In this document: one piece after another, positions 60,848-64,000 of the stretch
Position numbering within the stretch: the first letter of the stretch is position 1
Layout: each line of letters opens with the position of its first letter
Source of the DNA: an uncultured Verrucomicrobiae bacterium
GTDB lineage: Bacteria; Verrucomicrobiota; Verrucomicrobiia; Chthoniobacterales; JAFAMB01
Reading direction: 5' to 3'
Assembly: GCA_963837955.1 (NCBI GenBank)
Contig: CAWIPH010000002.1
Coordinates: forward strand, 2,624,001-2,688,000
Length of the DNA: 64,000 nucleotides
Notes under the pieces: model-generated
Told to the model about the DNA's origin: nothing
The model's database searches: none
Seen by the model: the letters and a program-made list of their open reading frames with translations, nothing else
Position numbers and translations under genes: made by a program

Positions 60848-61732
60848 GTGGATTCTCTCGCCCGGCGATTCTTCCTGCTCTCGTGCTCCGCGACCCTCCT
60901 CGTTTTTCCCGCTCGTGCCGACGAAAATTATTTCGGGTACAGTTTCGGCTCCGAAACCCTACCAAAAGGAAAATGGGAATTATATAGTTGGACCACGGGT
61001 CGCTTCGGCAAAGGAACCGGATCCTATTCCGCTTTCGATCTGAAGCAGGAAGTTGAGTATGGCGTCACCGATCGGTTCCAAATCGCTCTGGAGTGGAAGG
61101 AAAATCATACATATTTCACGGGTGGAGCCGGTCGAGAAACTCCAGATTCAAATACACCATTCCGGCGCAACCGATTCTCTTTTGTCGGCAACGGCCTCGA
61201 ACTGAAATACGCTTTCTCCAGTCCTTACAAGGATCCGGTTGGAATCGCTCTCTTCGTGGAGCCCGAATACGCGCTCACGGATAGCCCCTCGGGTGACAAG
61301 TTCCTCGAGTGGGAGATCGAAACGCGTTTACTCGTTCAGAAAAATTTCTTGGATGATAGACTGATCGCAGTTTTGAACTTAACAAACGAAACTGAGTGGG
61401 AGCGGCCCAGACCGTCCCACGGGGAAAGTTTCACCACAAATTTCAAGCCGGAGATCAGCACCGGCGTGAGCTACCGGTTCGCTTCGAACTGGTTTCTTGG
61501 TTTGGAGACGCGCTACGCGACCCAGTTGGCGAATGCGAATATTCGAAACCAGGTAGATTGGGCGTTCTCGGTTGGTCCAGCGCTTCACTACGCAGTTGGC
61601 CAGTGGTGGGCGACACTAACCTGGTTGCCGCAGGTAGCTGGTTGGCACGCCGGCGGATCGCGGTCAGGATCTCTGGATTTGAATAGCCACGAACGGAACG
61701 AGATTCGACTGAAGATTGGCTTCAATTTCTGA
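60848..61732 (+). CDS. Outer-membrane beta-barrel protein (DUF6662-like)
   Basis: Signal peptide ARA-DENYFGY..GSETLPKG; EVEYGVTDR; C-terminal KIGFNF. Confidence 0.8.
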   Translation: MDSLARRFFLLSCSATLLVFPARADENYFGYSFGSETLPKGKWELYSWTTGRFGKGTGSYSAFDLKQEVEYGVTDRFQIALEWKENHTYFTGGAGRETPDSNTPFRRNRFSFVGNGLELKYAFSSPYKDPVGIALFVEPEYALTDSPSGDKFLEWEIETRLLVQKNFLDDRLIAVLNLTNETEWERPRPSHGESFTTNFKPEISTGVSYRFASNWFLGLETRYATQLANANIRNQVDWAFSVGPALHYAVGQWWATLTWLPQVAGWHAGGSRSGSLDLNSHERNEIRLKIGFNF

Positions 61733-62106
61733 TGGGCTGAAGGTGTTAGCCAGCCGTTAGCGGTCTATTGTTGCTTGTGGTAAGCACTCGAACGACTCGG
61801 ACTCCCTTCTCCCGCTCCTTCAGAGCGACGCGTGTCTTTACGAGCGAACCCAGGGTTCCGCAAAGCCTCCACCCTGGGCTGAGTCCTCTTACGCCTTCGG
61901 CGTGCAAGTCGACAATACATGTTCCGTTTAACTTCCTTACGGCGTTTGGCGCTCACTGTTACCGGCGTTTCCGGCGTCGTCGACGTTGCCGGCGTTCCTC
62001 TGACTTCTCACTGCTTGTTTCTCAATCCTCGCTCATCGTTTCCGGCACAGACGTCACCTCCAGTTGCGGCTTGGCCAGGCTGTGATTCTATTCGTCTCCA
62101 AGATCC

Positions 62107-64000
62107 ATGGATCCGCTCCAGGCCCTTGAGGCGTACTTCGGTTTTCCAGAGTTCAGAGAGCCACAGCAGGAAGTGATCTCTCACATCCTGGCCGGGAAGG
62201 ATGTTTTCGTACTGATGCCGACCGGTGGCGGGAAATCGCTTTGTTACCAGCTGCCGGCGCTTCTGTTGGAAGGTGTCACTATTGTAGTTTCACCTCTGGT
62301 GGCCCTGATGAAAGATCAGGTGGACAGTCTGACCGCGCGCGGTATTGCAGCCACGCAGATCAACAGCTCGATCCCAGCCAGCGAGCAACAACGCCGAATC
62401 CAGCAAATGCGTAACGGCGAATTTCGTCTGGTCTATATCGCGCCCGAGCGGTTCCGGAGCCGCTCTTTTCTGGAAGCGCTCGGTCGGGTAACGATCGCGC
62501 TGTTTGCCGTCGACGAAGCGCATTGCATCTCCCAGTGGGGTCATGATTTTAGGCCGGACTACTATCGCCTCGGCGCCGTTCTGGAGGAATTAGGCCGCCC
62601 CCAGACCGCAGCCTTCACGGCAACGGCGACACCTGAGGTACGATCGGATGTGGTCCAACAACTCGGTCTGCAAGAGCCAAGCCTCTTTGTCGCTGGGTTC
62701 GCTCGACCGAACTTACGCTTTCTTGTGACCAATGCGGAAAGCGAGGCGCAAAAGTACGCACGGCTTCGGGAGCTAATCGCCCAGCATCAAACCGGAATCA
62801 TTTATTGCGCCACCCGCAAACGAGTCGAACAAATCACTCAAGAGCTCAAGTCGTGGGGTGTGAAGGTGGTGGATTATCATGGTGGCATCGAGGATGAAGC
62901 GCGACGGACCGCCCAGAATCAGTTTAAACAGAGCGAGTGCGACGTCGTCGTAGCGACCAATGCGTTTGGTATGGGCATCGATCGCGCGGATCTGCGTTTC
63001 ATCGCGCACTTCGATATCCCGGGTTCGCTCGAAGCCTACTATCAAGAGGCTGGCCGTGCGGGCAGAGATGGAGAACCCGCGGTATGCGAGTTGTTATTTA
63101 ACTATGCCGACACCCGCGTACAAGAGTTTTTCATTGAAGGAAGTAATCCGCCGATCGAACTGATTCGAAACGTCTATCTGCTACTGCGAAATCTGGCAGG
63201 CGACACCTATGAGGTGGTGGTGCCGATTCGGGATCTGGCCGGTCGGCTCGGGGATGGCACTAACGAAATGGCCGTGCGCTCTGCGCTGACAATTCTTGAC
63301 CGGCACAAGATCATAGATCGTTACGACATTCCCGGAAGAAAGGTGCGCGGAACTAAACTTCTTCGACCTGATCTATTAGCGGCTCGTTTGCCGATCGATG
63401 TCGCGAGCCTTCGAAAAAAGGAAGAGAGAGATCAAGCCAAGCTGAGGGCCATGATCAATTACGCTTACGGGCGGGAATGCCGGCAAGGCATGATTCTCCG
63501 GTACTTTGGCGATCCCGCGGCGGCGAATTGCGGAGCCTGCGACCGGTGCACGAAAGATCGCTCAAAGAATGTCCGTGAGCCGAGCGACGAAGAGCGCTTG
63601 ACCGTGCGAAAACTGTTGAGCGGCGTCGCCAGAATGTCGCAACGCACCGAGAAAGGCTTTCTTCCGCGCTTTGGACGAACCCGGATGATCCAGGTGCTGC
63701 TTGGGAGCAAGGCGCGCGAAGTGGCCGATACGCATTTGGATCGGCTCAGTACCTACGGACTGTTGAAAGAGAAGTCTGCAAACTATCTTCATGACCTGTT
63801 CCGGGAGCTGGAGGAAGCGCAACTGCTCTACTCCACCGGCGGCCAGTATCCAACGATCGGTCTGACACCAGCGGGAGTAGACGTGATGCTGGATCGCGCC
63901 TCATTTCAAATCGTTTGGCCGGTCGAGCAGAAGACAAAGAAACTCGGAAAAGCGATCCCGGAAGACTCCGAACTCCCGTTTGATGTCGGCCTGTTTGAGG
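62107..64000 (+). CDS. recQ: ATP-dependent DNA helicase RecQ, 3'-partial (absent from the ORF track)
   Basis: MPTGGGKSLCYQLPA, VDEAHCISQWGHDFRP, VATNAFGMGID, YYQEAGRAGRDG, Zn-binding CR...C..CD.C. Confidence 0.96.
   Translation, partial: MDPLQALEAYFGFPEFREPQQEVISHILAGKDVFVLMPTGGGKSLCYQLPALLLEGVTIVVSPLVALMKDQVDSLTARGIAATQINSSIPASEQQRRIQQMRNGEFRLVYIAPERFRSRSFLEALGRVTIALFAVDEAHCISQWGHDFRPDYYRLGAVLEELGRPQTAAFTATATPEVRSDVVQQLGLQEPSLFVAGFARPNLRFLVTNAESEAQKYARLRELIAQHQTGIIYCATRKRVEQITQELKSWGVKVVDYHGGIEDEARRTAQNQFKQSECDVVVATNAFGMGIDRADLRFIAHFDIPGSLEAYYQEAGRAGRDGEPAVCELLFNYADTRVQEFFIEGSNPPIELIRNVYLLLRNLAGDTYEVVVPIRDLAGRLGDGTNEMAVRSALTILDRHKIIDRYDIPGRKVRGTKLLRPDLLAARLPIDVASLRKKEERDQAKLRAMINYAYGRECRQGMILRYFGDPAAANCGACDRCTKDRSKNVREPSDEERLTVRKLLSGVARMSQRTEKGFLPRFGRTRMIQVLLGSKAREVADTHLDRLSTYGLLKEKSANYLHDLFRELEEAQLLYSTGGQYPTIGLTPAGVDVMLDRASFQIVWPVEQKTKKLGKAIPEDSELPFDVGLFE

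Noticed and set aside
61735..61765. Second attC after the barrel gene (GTTAGCC/GTTAGCG)
   Set aside because: No matching R'' box or palindromic stem
1..64000. CRISPR array, rRNA or tRNA
   Set aside because: No regularly spaced repeat-spacer array, cloverleaf or rRNA signature seen by eye; a tRNAscan/barrnap run would confirm

Overview
Bacterial chromosomal window, probably a soil Verrucomicrobiota (Spartobacteria/Chthoniobacterales-like) genome. This is inferred from the PEP-CTERM proteins, the palindromic repeat families and the gene style, and is not verified. A few core-type genes (plsX, ppc, rcnA/rcnR, pncA, recQ) sit among accessory detox/redox and regulatory genes: SDRs, TetR/ArsR/AraC regulators, FAD and LLM monooxygenases, a class C beta-lactamase and a haloalkane dehalogenase. 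About ten of the accessory genes are truncated or frameshifted. The most notable structure is a signalling module present twice in inverted orientation (about 7.7-13.3 kb and 56.6-61.7 kb). Each copy has a multi-TM LytS-type kinase preceded by a conserved 48-56 aa cationic peptide ORF, a palindromic divergent promoter region, and an orphan membrane ORF followed by an outer-membrane barrel. A ~110-bp promoter cassette with LytTR-type 9-12-9 direct repeats occurs three times across the two copies, and only one copy retains the LytTR regulator. Also present: a 433-bp Tn3 deletion derivative with perfect 38-bp IRs, a PEP-CTERM/peptidase-S74 locus with collapsed gene copies, a solitary attC-like site inside a direct-repeat-bounded 5.5-kb segment, and several REP/REPIN-like palindromes. 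No rRNA, tRNA or CRISPR array was seen. All family assignments come from motif recognition, not database searches.
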